Origin: an uncultured Clostridia bacterium | Lineage (GTDB): Bacteria; Bacillota; Clostridia; TANB77; CAG-508 | Reading direction: 5' to 3' | Assembly (NCBI GenBank): GCA_949746675.1 | Contig: CATKDT010000049.1 | Span: 1,214-65,213 of the forward strand | Length of the DNA stretch: 64,000 bases | Shown here: positions 1 through 10,547 of the stretch, one piece after another | Layout: each line of letters opens with the position of its first letter | How positions within the stretch are numbered: position 1 is the stretch's first letter | Notes under the pieces: model-generated | Told to the model about the DNA's origin: nothing | The model's input: the letters and a program-made list of their open reading frames with translations, nothing else | Databases searched by the model: none | Program-made: the position numbers and the translations under genes

Positions 1-139
1 CTTCTAGTTGTTGCAAGTTTCTTTTCAAAATCTACGATTCTTCCAATATTAGTAAACTCATCTAATATTAATGATGTTTCAACTTTTAACTTGCCATTAG
101 GATTTTCATCTGCTTGTTTTATTAACTTTATGAATAAAA

Positions 140-466
140 ATGAAAAAAATAGTGTTGACAAGAAATCAAATGCACTATTGGTATCATGAGCCCTATCTTT
201 ATTATTATGAAAGAGCAGATGTCCTACTTCTTGTAACTACTGACCCCATCACCAATATGCAATATCTATATACCTTCCCTGATTATAATGTGTCAAGAAT
301 AAAGTTTTTAGGAAAGATTTATGATTTTGTTGTTTGGGGAGCAAGTTACTCTATGGATACTTTCTACTACCTGTCTAATAACCTCGTTCCCTGGAAGTGG
401 ACTGAAGATGGTCCTGTAATTGACAAAGACTGCACCTTATTTAATTATAACTACCTTTCAGATTAA
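140..466 (+). CDS. hypothetical small Tyr/Trp-rich protein
   Basis: 108-aa ORF with unusual Y/W-rich composition and no convincing SD. Followed by a hairpin terminator at 532-560. Competes with a partial minus-strand ORF at 1..178. Confidence 0.35.
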   Translation: MKKIVLTRNQMHYWYHEPYLYYYERADVLLLVTTDPITNMQYLYTFPDYNVSRIKFLGKIYDFVVWGASYSMDTFYYLSNNLVPWKWTEDGPVIDKDCTLFNYNYLSD

Positions 467-531
467 ATTATCAACTTACTGTTTTTAGCTAATCTAGTTC
501 TATATTATATTAGTTAGATTATGCTAACCAA

Positions 532-560
532 AAGAGCACACGTTTTTTCGTGTGCTTTTT
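532..560 (+). terminator. rho-independent terminator
   Basis: gcacacg-tttttt-cgtgtgc stem-loop followed by a T-run. Confidence 0.5.
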
Positions 561-643
561 TGGTTAATATTTTTATTAACATAATATTGACTTTATTGGT
601 ATTTTATGGTAAAATATGTAAAATTAGAAAGGAGGATTATAAA

Positions 644-1063
644 ATGGGAGTGAACAGTTTTGCAAGGTCAACCAATTATGGTACACACTCTACTTCATTA
701 AGTAGCACAAGTGCTGTATGGATGATAGCTTCAATCATTCTAGCTATTGTTGGTGGACTTTTAATTTACTTTTTATTTTTGAATAAAAAGAATGAAAGTA
801 AATTTAATGGATTTCTTGGATGGCTATATCATTTTTTGTCATTTGATAAAATGTTTTTAGAAATATTATTAAAAGTTACATATTTAATATTTGCTTTATA
901 CATAACATTATCATCTTTTTCACTAATTGGTGTAAATTTCTTATTGTTTTTATCTACATTAGTTTTAGGAAATATTCTTCTAAGAGTGTTTTATGAGTTT
1001 TCATTAATAAAACTATTAATTTGCAGAAATACAACTGAGATATCTAAAAATACCAAAAAGTAA
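644..1063 (+). CDS. small multi-TM membrane protein, unknown function
   Basis: AGGAGG SD 8 nt upstream of the ATG at 644. Three to four hydrophobic helices. Confidence 0.55.
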   Translation: MGVNSFARSTNYGTHSTSLSSTSAVWMIASIILAIVGGLLIYFLFLNKKNESKFNGFLGWLYHFLSFDKMFLEILLKVTYLIFALYITLSSFSLIGVNFLLFLSTLVLGNILLRVFYEFSLIKLLICRNTTEISKNTKK

Positions 1064-1180
1064 CTTAATAAGGATTAGTCTATTTATTGTACTTTCCCAA
1101 ACTTTTGGAGTATTTTATTCGTACAAAATAACTAATCCTTATTTTATAATAATTGAGTGAATTGGTACCATTTGTTGTTT

Positions 1181-2053
1181 TTAGTCTATCTTAATCAATT
1201 CATATTCTCTTGTTCCAAAGCCAAGTTCTGCTGATGCTTCTATTGTATGAACTCCATGTTGTCTTTCAACTCTTTCTACGAAATGATCTCTTCCTTTGTC
1301 TTTAGAATTATAAATTAAATCAATACAAGCTTGGTCTATTGCTATTGGATCTAGACTTGCAAGTATTCCTATATCTTCCATGCATGGATCTTCTGCAACA
1401 GCACAACAATCACAGTCTACTGATAAATTACACATTACATTTATATATATAATGTTGTTTTCAAAGTATTTTGCAACTGCTGATGCTGAATCTGCCATTG
1501 CTTCTAAAAACTTGCCTTGGTCTGTTGCGAAATAATCTCCTTCTGCATTTCCTGCACCATGTATATATGCTTTGCCATACGAAGAAGCCATTCCTATTGA
1601 TAATTGTTTTATTGCTCCGCCATATCCACCCATAGGATGTCCTTTAAAATGTGATAGTACTAACATTGAGTCATAATTATTAATATTTTTTCCTACATAA
1701 TCTTTCTTTATTACTTTTCCATTTGGAATTTCTAATATTTTATCTGGTCCTTCTGCATCCATAATATCTACATTAAAGTACTTGGTCCAACCATGCTTGT
1801 CCATTAATTTCTTATGCTTTTCAGTTGTATCTCTTGCCCCCTCATATGCTGTATTACATTCAACTACTGTTCCATTTACTTTTTCTACTATTGCTTTTGC
1901 AAATTCTGGTTTTAAATAGTTTTGATTTCCTTCTTCTCCTGAATGCAATTTTACTGCTACTTTTCCTTGTAATTTTACTCCCAATGCTTCATAAATTTTA
2001 ACTAAACTTTCTGGTGTAATTTCCTTTGTAAAATAAACTTTTGCTTTTTCCAT
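1181..2053 (-). CDS. DUF362 domain protein
   Basis: ~290 aa with SHFKGH-type motifs typical of DUF362. Start placed at MEKAKVYF, which has an AAGGA SD; the ATG at 2071 has no SD. Confidence 0.55.
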   Translation of the reverse strand: MEKAKVYFTKEITPESLVKIYEALGVKLQGKVAVKLHSGEEGNQNYLKPEFAKAIVEKVNGTVVECNTAYEGARDTTEKHKKLMDKHGWTKYFNVDIMDAEGPDKILEIPNGKVIKKDYVGKNINNYDSMLVLSHFKGHPMGGYGGAIKQLSIGMASSYGKAYIHGAGNAEGDYFATDQGKFLEAMADSASAVAKYFENNIIYINVMCNLSVDCDCCAVAEDPCMEDIGILASLDPIAIDQACIDLIYNSKDKGRDHFVERVERQHGVHTIEASAELGFGTREYELIKID

Positions 2054-2159
2054 CTTTTTTATTCCTTTCATTTACTATTATTTTATTTTTAACATTTAAT
2101 TTCATTTTAGTACTACTTTTTTATTTTATATGATTTAATAAAAAAAGTCTATATGTTAT

Positions 2160-2300
2160 TACAATATTTTAAAAGAGCTATGAAAACATAGCCCTTTTAT
2201 TATCAGTTATTTGGTAGGTGTCGCCTTTCCTACATCTCTTTTGACCTCTAGGGTGTGTGGTTGCAACATTTTACCACCTCAAATAACTCATTATATTGTA
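2160..2300 (-). promoter_or_regulatory. structured 5' leader (riboswitch/attenuator-like) upstream of DUF362 gene
   Basis: A local GC-rich island at 2205-2290 in AT-rich DNA. It contains a 9-bp closing helix (AGTTATTTG...CAAATAACT) that encloses internal hairpins. Downstream on the minus strand is the gggctatg-tttt-catagctc hairpin with a T-tract at 2165-2190. A sigma70-like promoter (cagaca-17-tataat) sits at ~2300-2330. Confidence 0.3.
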
Positions 2301-2810
2301 CTTATATTATATAACAATTATTCATTTTTGTCTGTTTTTTTCCATATAATGTCTCCATTTTTCTTATATGTTTTCAATCCGTTTTCGCCAATTGGTATAC
2401 ACGTTATTATGGAATTTTTATTACCTAAATTATCTCCCTCTACTGCTAATCTTATTACTAAGTTAACTGTTCCCCTTGTTTCACTTTTTTCTATAGTTTT
2501 TAATAATAACGCTGTATCGTCTCTAGTTTTATCTTTTAGAATATAATCAGGATATTCAATAATCTCTGTAAAATATTTTTCATATTTTTCTAATACTTCT
2601 GGATACCTCTTTATAATATGTTCCCTCTGTTTATCTGTTAATATGACTTCATGGTATATATATTATCTGAAATCTTTTTAAAATATTCTGTATTAATTTT
2701 TCCAATATATTGCAAAGTATGTACTCCTTTTAAGTGTCTATTCAAATGTTATTGGTATTATATACCATTTTCTCATATTTGTCAATATTTTATACCAAAT
2801 TTTGTAAACT

Positions 2811-3984
2811 TTATTTTATTAACCCCTTATAATATTTCCATGATAATATCTTAAAAGCCATTTTATCAATCACATTTATATCAATTCTTCCTTCATTTAT
2901 CGCATTTTTTACTTCATTTATGCTGTTCTCATAATCAGTTACAATGATTAAATCATTTCCAGCAAGTATTGCCTTTTCAGTAGCATTTGGCATTTTTGTT
3001 GCTTCCATTGCTAAATCATCGGTAATAATAATTCCTGTGAAGCCCAAAGTTTCTTGTAAAATTCTGTGAACTTCTTTAGATAATGTAGCTGGATTTTCAC
3101 TATCAATGCTGGTTACTATATTATGACTAACAAGCACTGCTTCCGCTCCTGCTTCAATTCCAACTTTAAATGGAATACAGTCATTGTTTATTATGCTCTC
3201 ATAACTTCTTAAATCAACTGAACTTGATTTATGTGTATCTTTATTATTTCCATATCCGTGGAAAATGCTTCAAGCAATATGATACTTTTGTTTCTTTACT
3301 TGTTTTTATTACATTTTCAGCATACTCTGACGTAATTTCCTTATTTTCACCTAAACTTCTTTTATACATATAATCATTAGTGCTTGTTGCAATATCAACT
3401 ACTGGTGCCAAATTCAAATTTAATCCTAACTCATATAATACTTTACTTTTTTCAATTATATCTTGTTTTATTAAATCAAGTCCACCTTCCTTATATAATA
3501 GTTGCGGTGCTTTAAATTTACCTGGTGTTAAATTACTATTACTACTTATTCTAACTACGCTTCCTCCCTCTTCGTCAACTGCTGTAATTAGAGGAATTTT
3601 TGATACATTTTGTACATTACTAATCATTGCAATAACTTGTTCTTTTGTCTTATCTTTGAAATCTTTTTCAAAAAATATATATCCCCCAAAATTATAATTA
3701 TGTATGTTTTCTATTGCATTTTCTTCATTATATCTTACTAAAAATATTTGTCCTATCTTTTCTTCTATTGTCAGTGTATTTAACGCATCATAAGCCATAT
3801 TATAGTATTTTGTAAATATTCCATTATCTCTCCACTCTTCTGGAATTTTGTCGTCAGTCCTTGGTATGACTTTTTCTATTTGCATATCTTTTTTAGAAAA
3901 ATTTTTTTCATTAGCACTATATATTAACATTCCACCTATAATTATTATAAATGCTATAATTAAAATAATAATCTTCTTTGCCAT
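2811..3984 (-). pseudogene. GH3 beta-N-acetylhexosaminidase (NagZ-like) lipoprotein, frame interrupted at 3255-3261
   Basis: Two ORFs, 3244..3984 (signal peptide, KHFP motif) and 2811..3137, together form one GH3 N-terminal domain. Deleting the G at 3258 (CCACGG->CCAGG in gene sense) gives KHFPGYG and a continuous frame. Confidence 0.7.
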
Positions 3985-4045
3985 GTTATAGTCCTTTCTA
4001 ATAATTATTGATATATTTTATGGCATATTTATTTATATGTTACTT

Positions 4046-4744
4046 CTACTTAATTCTATATTCTTTTAGCTTTTCTTTGTCATCATTACTAACTCTATAA
4101 CTATCTCTGCATTTTGATATTGATTTATTTATTGTAAATTTATTTAGTTTATGATGTTTCAAGTATTCAAATGCTTGATTTCTATTCTTTATTACTATTT
4201 CGCACATAAGCCATGCTACAGCCATATTAACATAGTATTCCTCTTCACTATATAATGTATCTATTATTTCAAATATTTCTGTTAAATCTGTTAAAGCAGT
4301 ATAATTAAATAATATCCTAACTCCAATTCTGCTAATAAATGAATGATTATTTTTAATATATTCTTTAGCTAATTCCAAATATTGCTTTTCTTTTCCCTTG
4401 ATTTTAAATGTCATTATATCAACTGTTGCCCAGTTATCAATTACTACTTTTGAAATATATTGTTTTTTTGTTTCAATATCATTTATATTGTTTATTAATA
4501 ATGCATTTATTATTGTATTTTCATAGTAGTCATTATTAGCCTTTTCTAAATAGCTTAAATAGTTTCCCTTACTAATTTCTTTTGAAATTTTTCTTAAGTC
4601 TAGTGTTGGTATTCCTAAAAGCTCCATATTTGTATTTATTGTTTTTTTAGCAAATTCTATCTTGTCTTCTCTTTTTATGCTTTTTAAATATTTATTAAAT
4701 TCTTCAATATCATTATTGTTCCAGTTTTCTTTTACAAAATTCAT
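4046..4744 (-). CDS. DNA alkylation repair enzyme (AlkD-like HEAT-repeat protein)
   Basis: 232 aa, alpha-helical. DNWATVD motif and size typical of the DNA_alkylation family. Confidence 0.5.
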   Translation of the reverse strand: MNFVKENWNNNDIEEFNKYLKSIKREDKIEFAKKTINTNMELLGIPTLDLRKISKEISKGNYLSYLEKANNDYYENTIINALLINNINDIETKKQYISKVVIDNWATVDIMTFKIKGKEKQYLELAKEYIKNNHSFISRIGVRILFNYTALTDLTEIFEIIDTLYSEEEYYVNMAVAWLMCEIVIKNRNQAFEYLKHHKLNKFTINKSISKCRDSYRVSNDDKEKLKEYRIK

Positions 4745-4968
4745 TAATCTCTTCCTTTTTCTATATTAACAGCACAGATTTAAAATCAATTTTTATACAT
4801 TCTTTTATGGTTTTATTTAATATACCAAAGCTTATAACTTTATATCTCTTATTTGTTTAAAATCTTCTGTTTTTATGCTATTATAATAAATTTTTTTATT
4901 GATTTCAATAATTTTCTTTAATATTTTCCAGTATTTTATCATTTTTTTAACAATTTTTGGTTTTTCTC

Positions 4969-4998
4969 TTGCAGTTTACATAAATTTTATGATATAAT
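4969..4998 (+). promoter_or_regulatory. sigma70-like promoter (TTGCAG-18-TGaTATAAT)
   Basis: -35 at 4969-4974 and an extended -10 TGaTATAAT at 4990-4998. It drives a ~250-nt leader into the GC-rich gene at 5245. Confidence 0.4.
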
Positions 4999-5244
4999 AG
5001 TGTTATGTAAACAGCATATTTATAAGGGATATGCTTTAATATATATTCTCTGTTGGACATCCTAAAAAAAAAGTCAAACAAGTTACTACAAACCATGAAT
5101 ATAATATAAAAAGGAGGGATCAAGCAAAACAACAAAGTATAATATTATCCAAAATCAGAAGCACAAATGGGAAACACAAAAATAACCATCACTACTTTTA
5201 CCTGAAAATACCTAACAACTTATGATGATTCAATGAGGTGTAAA

Positions 5245-5958
5245 ATGAAAAAGAATACTATGACTAAGAACGAGGCCATCATCCTGGTAAATGTGATTTT
5301 CTTTCTTTTCAACTGCACGTTTATTCTTTCCGTTTTGTTCTTCTCTGCGATGCTCAACGCCAACTACTACATGCTCCACAGTGTTATCGTTTCGCTCACC
5401 GTCGGCGTTTCGCTGCCTACCGCCTTGCTGGTAATCTTTATACGTTTATACTCCCTGGTCGCTATTGCCCCAAAAGTAAAAAATCTTTTCACTAAATACT
5501 CTCTGCCATTAATTGGGCTTGAAAAGTGTAGTCTTGAAATTGTAAGACTGCAAGATAAGTTTTTTACTTTTTTAACGCAAGCATCCATAGTTATGGTTGT
5601 TTTCTACATCCTCTCGATTCTGCCCCTTAGCAAATCGATTGAGTTTGTATACATTATAATCAGGCTGATGCTCCTTTGCTCTATTATACTTATGGTTGGA
5701 GTTATGGCTCTCGATGGTCTTTACATTTATTTTAGATGCTTGTTGGAACTTATCTTTAAGTTCTACAAGGAGAAAAACATCGATGCCTTGCTCAAAACCA
5801 AGTTTGACAATATATTGACTTTGTTTAAAAAAGTCTATGCAAATGTTACTTATAAACCAAAGAGATTGAAGAAGCACCCTTATGTAAGTAATTTAATTTT
5901 TTTGCTTACACCGTCTATTGCTGGAAAGAGAGCATTTTATACAGATAGAAAATTCTAA
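5245..5958 (+). CDS. GC-rich (foreign-looking) polytopic membrane protein, unknown function
   Basis: ~40-45% GC against a ~25% background, using GC-ending codons (ctg, gcc, tcg) atypical for the window. GAGGTG SD precedes the ATG at 5245. 5-6 TM helices. Confidence 0.55.
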   Translation: MKKNTMTKNEAIILVNVIFFLFNCTFILSVLFFSAMLNANYYMLHSVIVSLTVGVSLPTALLVIFIRLYSLVAIAPKVKNLFTKYSLPLIGLEKCSLEIVRLQDKFFTFLTQASIVMVVFYILSILPLSKSIEFVYIIIRLMLLCSIILMVGVMALDGLYIYFRCLLELIFKFYKEKNIDALLKTKFDNILTLFKKVYANVTYKPKRLKKHPYVSNLIFLLTPSIAGKRAFYTDRKF

Positions 5959-5990
5959 CAACAACTTTCCTTTTATTTTGTTATAGCAAT

Positions 5991-6035
5991 ACCCAGAGAC
6001 CCAGCCTTCATGGCTGGGTCTCTGGGTTATTATCT
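5991..6035 (+). terminator. strong GC-rich rho-independent terminator
   Basis: Perfect 16-bp inverted repeat acccagagacccagcc/ggctgggtctctgggt with a 5-nt loop, followed by a T-rich tract. Confidence 0.6.
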
Positions 6036-6292
6036 TTTATATTTTTTAACAACTTAAATTGTAATAAATTTTTATAAATTTATTATTCATCTCTGTTATA
6101 TGTTTCTATTTACTTCTATCTTTTAAAGAATTTACTGGAACAACTTTTATTGTATATCCCATGGGCAATAAATACTTCATTAAAGTGTTTATTGTTGGTG
6201 AATATGTTCCACTTTCTATTCTCGCAATTACGCTTTGTGTTAAAATATTTTTTATTATAATAATAAGGTATTTTAGTTTGGACTATTTAATT

Positions 6293-6502
6293 TTATTCAT
6301 AATTTTCAAAATAATAATACATTTCTAATGCAAATTTACATAGTACTGAACAACATTCACTAACATCTTCATCTGTTATATTAAGACTTGAATCTAATAT
6401 AGTCCCATATCTCTTTATATTGCATTCTTTATTTTCTAATTCAGGATATTCTTGAAATAGTTGTCTTTTAGGATTGCCATGTTTTATGGAATTATTAATC
6501 AT
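6293..6502 (-). CDS. hypothetical small protein
   Basis: 69-aa ORF. Translationally coupled by an ATGA overlap to the upstream small ORF. Confidence 0.35.
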   Translation of the reverse strand: MINNSIKHGNPKRQLFQEYPELENKECNIKRYGTILDSSLNITDEDVSECCSVLCKFALEMYYYFENYE

Positions 6503-6885
6503 TCTATATTTGTTATATATATCATAATAGGTATTATCCTTCTACTATACTTATATTTTTCACATACACTTTCTATTTTTTCCTCTAATGATTTTTTATA
6601 GTCATTAGATGGATTTAATGATACTTTTAAGAACTGTTCTAAAGTGCTGTACATACCAGTAATTGCAGATAGTCTATTCATATACTCAGTGCTTTCTTTT
6701 GCAAAATCATACATTGCTTTATATTCCTGATTGTCGCTACTAAATTTATAAAATTGACAAAAGCTTTTTGATATATATTCTGCTGTTTCTTTTATTACGT
6801 TGCTATTATTATATGACTTACATATTAATAATTCAGTTATTAAGAAAAGTTCTAACTTTTCTTTTGTAAAGTCTAATTTTTTCAT
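6499..6885 (-). CDS. hypothetical small protein
   Basis: Start at MKKLDF with a GGAGAG SD 7 nt upstream. ~128 aa, helical. Confidence 0.4.
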   Translation of the reverse strand: MKKLDFTKEKLELFLITELLICKSYNNSNVIKETAEYISKSFCQFYKFSSDNQEYKAMYDFAKESTEYMNRLSAITGMYSTLEQFLKVSLNPSNDYKKSLEEKIESVCEKYKYSRRIIPIMIYITNIE

Positions 6886-7014
6886 ATTTTCTCTCCAATT
6901 ATTTTTTACATTATACAATCTATTTTTTCTATATATTTGAAAAGAAGTAACCATAATTGATTACTTCTCTTATCTATTACTATATTTGGATTTTAAAATC
7001 GTATTTAGTAATTA

Positions 7015-10000
7015 CTAGTCTCCATATGTTGCAAATCCTGAAAGATCAACTTTTGTATCACCTTTAACTGTTATTGTAACTTCTCCCTTAGCAATATTAG
7101 TAAATGTCATAGTAACATTTTCATTGTTAATTCCAAATGAGTCAATGAATTCTTGCATTAATTTTGTATCTGCTTCACTAAGTTCTTTACCTGATGAAAG
7201 TGTGATTTTTTCATCAACTGCATATTTTTGTAATACAACTGAATCATTATTAGCTACTTTAGTTGTTAATTTGTCTAACATATCTAATTTAGATTTTCCT
7301 AATTTTGCTGTTAATGTATTGTCATCAGCAGGATCCTCTTTTTCTGTTGTTGCAATTGTAACATTAACTTTTGCACCATCAGTAAATCCTGTGATATCAA
7401 CATTAGCATCCTTAACATCAATAGCTAAGTTAAGCTTTGTAACATCTAATGAACCATCATTAGGTGATGTTACTTTAACTTCTCCAGCTTCTGAGTTAAT
7501 TTTAACTGTTCCAGAAATTCTTGATGTTTGGTCATTTGAAGCAAAGTGTATTGTAGCTGGTTTAGTTACATCATATCTACCATTGTTGTTGTTTGTGAAT
7601 GTTAAGTCTGTATTGATATCTCCTTTTGGAGCGTTAACTGTTAATTCCTTATTATCATCAGCTGTAATTGACATATTAGTATTTGTTGTTTTAGCTGTTA
7701 TACCATTTATTGTAGCTGTAGAACCCTTTACTAATGTATATGTATTTTCTCCTGTAACTTCAGCACCATTATTTAAGTAAACTTCTGTATCTGCATCATT
7801 ATTAGTTAATGCTAATATTAATCCATTTCCTCCAACAGAAAGTTTTGATAATTTTGCTCCGCTTTCTACTTCTACAGTTCTGTCACTAGCAATTCCATTT
7901 CCAATAACTTCAACTTCTTTTCCTTCAAATTTAGTTGCTGGTATTGTTACAGTGTCACCACTTGCACTCTTATCTTCTGTTAATGCAAGAGTTATTTTTG
8001 TATCGTTTACTGTTATTTTATCATTTTCAACTAATGTTGAAGCAAATGTTAAAATATCATTAAATTCTGGTGCATAATTGTTGCTTCCTATTGTAATAGG
8101 ATTTTCAATATCTCCATTTATAACTACTTTACCATCTACATTTACAAATAATGTGTTTGCAACTGCTTTTGCTTTATCAGCTTCAACATCTAAATCACCT
8201 TTTACAACTTTTAATCCATTAATTGCTGGTGCTGTTGCATATGTGCTTGGTGCTGTTGCATAGCTTCCTGTAACATATCCAACTAAGCCTGATTCTCCAG
8301 TTACATTTCCAACTGTTGCTATTATTTTAACAACATATCTTTGGTCTTGTGCTAAACCTTCAATTGTTAAATATTTCTTTGTAGCATCATCTTTATCTAC
8401 TGTAACTACAGCATTTTTTGTTTCCTTGTTATTTTCTAATGTATAATCTTGGTTATTTGCATCTTTTAGAACTTTGTTTACTTCTGCTTTATATGTAGCA
8501 TCTGTTCCATTAACTGCTATAGGGTTAGCTAAAACATATGTTAATGATTTATCTGTTCTTGAATCTAAAGCTCCAAGTAATGTAGTTGCATCAATGTAGA
8601 AGAATGGTGTTGAAGTTGCTGGTTTTGTATTTTCAACATATTCTAATTGATTTGCATTTTTGTTTACAACGATTGTTGCTCTATATATTGTATTTGCTGC
8701 TAATCCTGTTATTGTGGCAGTATGTTTTTCAACATCTACTGTAGCAGTAACTGTATTATCTGCTTGATATTCATTGTTAGAATCTAATTTTTCAAATGTA
8801 ACAGTATATGGTGTAGTTGCATCTACATTTTCTTTTTTATTTGAATCAGCAAATGTAATTACCTTGTCTCCATCTTTTGTAACATTGAATTCTACAGCTG
8901 TTACAACATTTAATTCTTTAACTTCTACAACATCAGATACTACTTCTGCTGAATTAGTTGTATCTATTGCATCTCCTGTAACAGTTATACCAACTTTATA
9001 TTTTCCAGCTTTAGCCATATTACTTGTAAAGTCAACTTTATTTGCATTGCTAATAGGTTTTACTGCAACTATTTTTCCGTTTCCATCATATAGAACAGCT
9101 TCTCCTGTTACTGATTTAGCATTTTCATCTTTATCTAAAATTGTAAATTCTGCTACTGTTACTTCTTTTAATACTGGTGCTTTTACTTTAACTACTGCTT
9201 CTTCAGTTGTTGCTCCATATTTTGGTATTCCTACATTAGGTATTGTAGCTTTATTACCAAATTCATCTGTTAAAACTAGGCTCATAGTTTTGTTTCCATC
9301 TGGTAATACATAGTCAAGTGCTTTGTTTGCTAATTTGTTGCTTACATTCTCAAAAGATTTTGTTACTCCATCAATAGTATATTCAACCTTAACTATTTTT
9401 CCTTCTCCATATCCTTCTAAAGATAATGCTGCTGTTGTAGCACTTTGACGTGTTACATTTATTTTTGCAGCTGCTGGAGTAAGAATTTTTACATTTATAT
9501 TAGTTCTTGCTAATATAACCTTCTTTGTTTTTGTAGCATCTACTAGTTCTAATGTATATGTTCCGTTTTTTGTTCCATCTGTAGCAATTCCTAAATCTGA
9601 ACTTAAATCTTTACCTGTTATTTCAGCTTTGTTTGAGTTTGCAGCAAGGCTACCTATTGATACACCTTTTACTACTTCTGCACCATTTGCATCATATACA
9701 TTTAATTCTAATGTCTTTGTTTCATTAGATATTTTAGAATTATCAACATCTACAACAAGTTTTAAATTATCAGCATCTACTGAATTATCAAAGTTTTGAT
9801 TATTAACAACATTGTTTGCACCAACTGTTAGTGTATATCCACCTTCAACTGGTTGAACATTTGTTGGTTTTCTATCTCTTGATGTTGTAACGTTTCCTAC
9901 ATAGAAACCTTTTGTTCTATAAGCATCATCTGAATCTACTACATTTTGTATTGTATCTTCAACATTTGCTGCTTCTAAGTATACTCCACTTAATGTTTTA

Positions 10001-10392
10001 TTTCCTACATAGTGGCTAAGCATATCAAATGCATCATCTGAATCTACTAAACCATCTCCATTTGTATCTCCATAAACTATTACAGTATATGTTGTACTTC
10101 CAGATTTGAATGTATCTCCTGTTCCAACTATTGTATCTTCTGATGCAACAGTATTTCCATTAAAAGCTGTAATGTTAAATTCATTTTTTAAATCTTTTAT
10201 TGTTACGTTGTCTCCCACATTTAATATATATGGTACTACATTTTCAACTCCACCTAAAGTTGCATATTTTCCTAAACTTCTTGTTGATGGGTCAACTTCA
10301 GCTGCAGAAACTTTAGATAAACCAGCTAAACCAGTTGTTGCTAATATACCTGCTAATGCTAAAGATGAAACTACTTTTAAATTTTTATTCAC
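7015..10392 (-). CDS. giant (1125 aa) secreted surface protein with N-terminal dockerin-like Ca-binding module and long Thr/Val-rich beta-repeat region
   Basis: Signal peptide present. Residues ~107-170 (nt ~9885-10075) read GDTNGDGLVDSDDAFDMLSHYVG...NVVDSDDAY, matching the dockerin DxNxDGxxD repeat. There is no C-terminal LPXTG and no SLH domain. Confidence 0.85.
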   Translation of the reverse strand: MNKNLKVVSSLALAGILATTGLAGLSKVSAAEVDPSTRSLGKYATLGGVENVVPYILNVGDNVTIKDLKNEFNITAFNGNTVASEDTIVGTGDTFKSGSTTYTVIVYGDTNGDGLVDSDDAFDMLSHYVGNKTLSGVYLEAANVEDTIQNVVDSDDAYRTKGFYVGNVTTSRDRKPTNVQPVEGGYTLTVGANNVVNNQNFDNSVDADNLKLVVDVDNSKISNETKTLELNVYDANGAEVVKGVSIGSLAANSNKAEITGKDLSSDLGIATDGTKNGTYTLELVDATKTKKVILARTNINVKILTPAAAKINVTRQSATTAALSLEGYGEGKIVKVEYTIDGVTKSFENVSNKLANKALDYVLPDGNKTMSLVLTDEFGNKATIPNVGIPKYGATTEEAVVKVKAPVLKEVTVAEFTILDKDENAKSVTGEAVLYDGNGKIVAVKPISNANKVDFTSNMAKAGKYKVGITVTGDAIDTTNSAEVVSDVVEVKELNVVTAVEFNVTKDGDKVITFADSNKKENVDATTPYTVTFEKLDSNNEYQADNTVTATVDVEKHTATITGLAANTIYRATIVVNKNANQLEYVENTKPATSTPFFYIDATTLLGALDSRTDKSLTYVLANPIAVNGTDATYKAEVNKVLKDANNQDYTLENNKETKNAVVTVDKDDATKKYLTIEGLAQDQRYVVKIIATVGNVTGESGLVGYVTGSYATAPSTYATAPAINGLKVVKGDLDVEADKAKAVANTLFVNVDGKVVINGDIENPITIGSNNYAPEFNDILTFASTLVENDKITVNDTKITLALTEDKSASGDTVTIPATKFEGKEVEVIGNGIASDRTVEVESGAKLSKLSVGGNGLILALTNNDADTEVYLNNGAEVTGENTYTLVKGSTATINGITAKTTNTNMSITADDNKELTVNAPKGDINTDLTFTNNNNGRYDVTKPATIHFASNDQTSRISGTVKINSEAGEVKVTSPNDGSLDVTKLNLAIDVKDANVDITGFTDGAKVNVTIATTEKEDPADDNTLTAKLGKSKLDMLDKLTTKVANNDSVVLQKYAVDEKITLSSGKELSEADTKLMQEFIDSFGINNENVTMTFTNIAKGEVTITVKGDTKVDLSGFATYGD

Positions 10393-10547
10393 TTTGAATT
10401 CCTCCTAAAAATATTATTTAATTTAATATATTTTATTATAATATATTTAATTTAATGAACATTATTTTGTGTATATAGACTATTACTTATTACTTTTGTA
10501 ATAGTCTATACTTATTATAAATTACATAAAAGTAATATATTTTTAAA

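Noticed and set aside
1-178. Partial minus-strand ORF (MIPIVHLISC...KLATTRS, running off the window start)
   Set aside because: It overlaps the 140..466 plus-strand ORF, which is followed by a convincing terminator. It is kept only as an alternative, since neither has a good SD.
2211-2854. Plus-strand ORFs 2211..2546 and 2651..2854
   Set aside because: No SD. Hydrophobic low-complexity translations in AT-rich DNA. The interval is better explained as the promoter and structured leader of the minus-strand DUF362 gene and the 3' region of nagZ.
7124-10408. Several plus-strand ORFs (7124..7780, 8078..8263, 8774..9313, 10106..10408) inside the giant adhesin gene
   Set aside because: Antisense to a continuous 1125-aa ORF. 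Ser/Thr/Val-rich low-complexity translations with no start signals.
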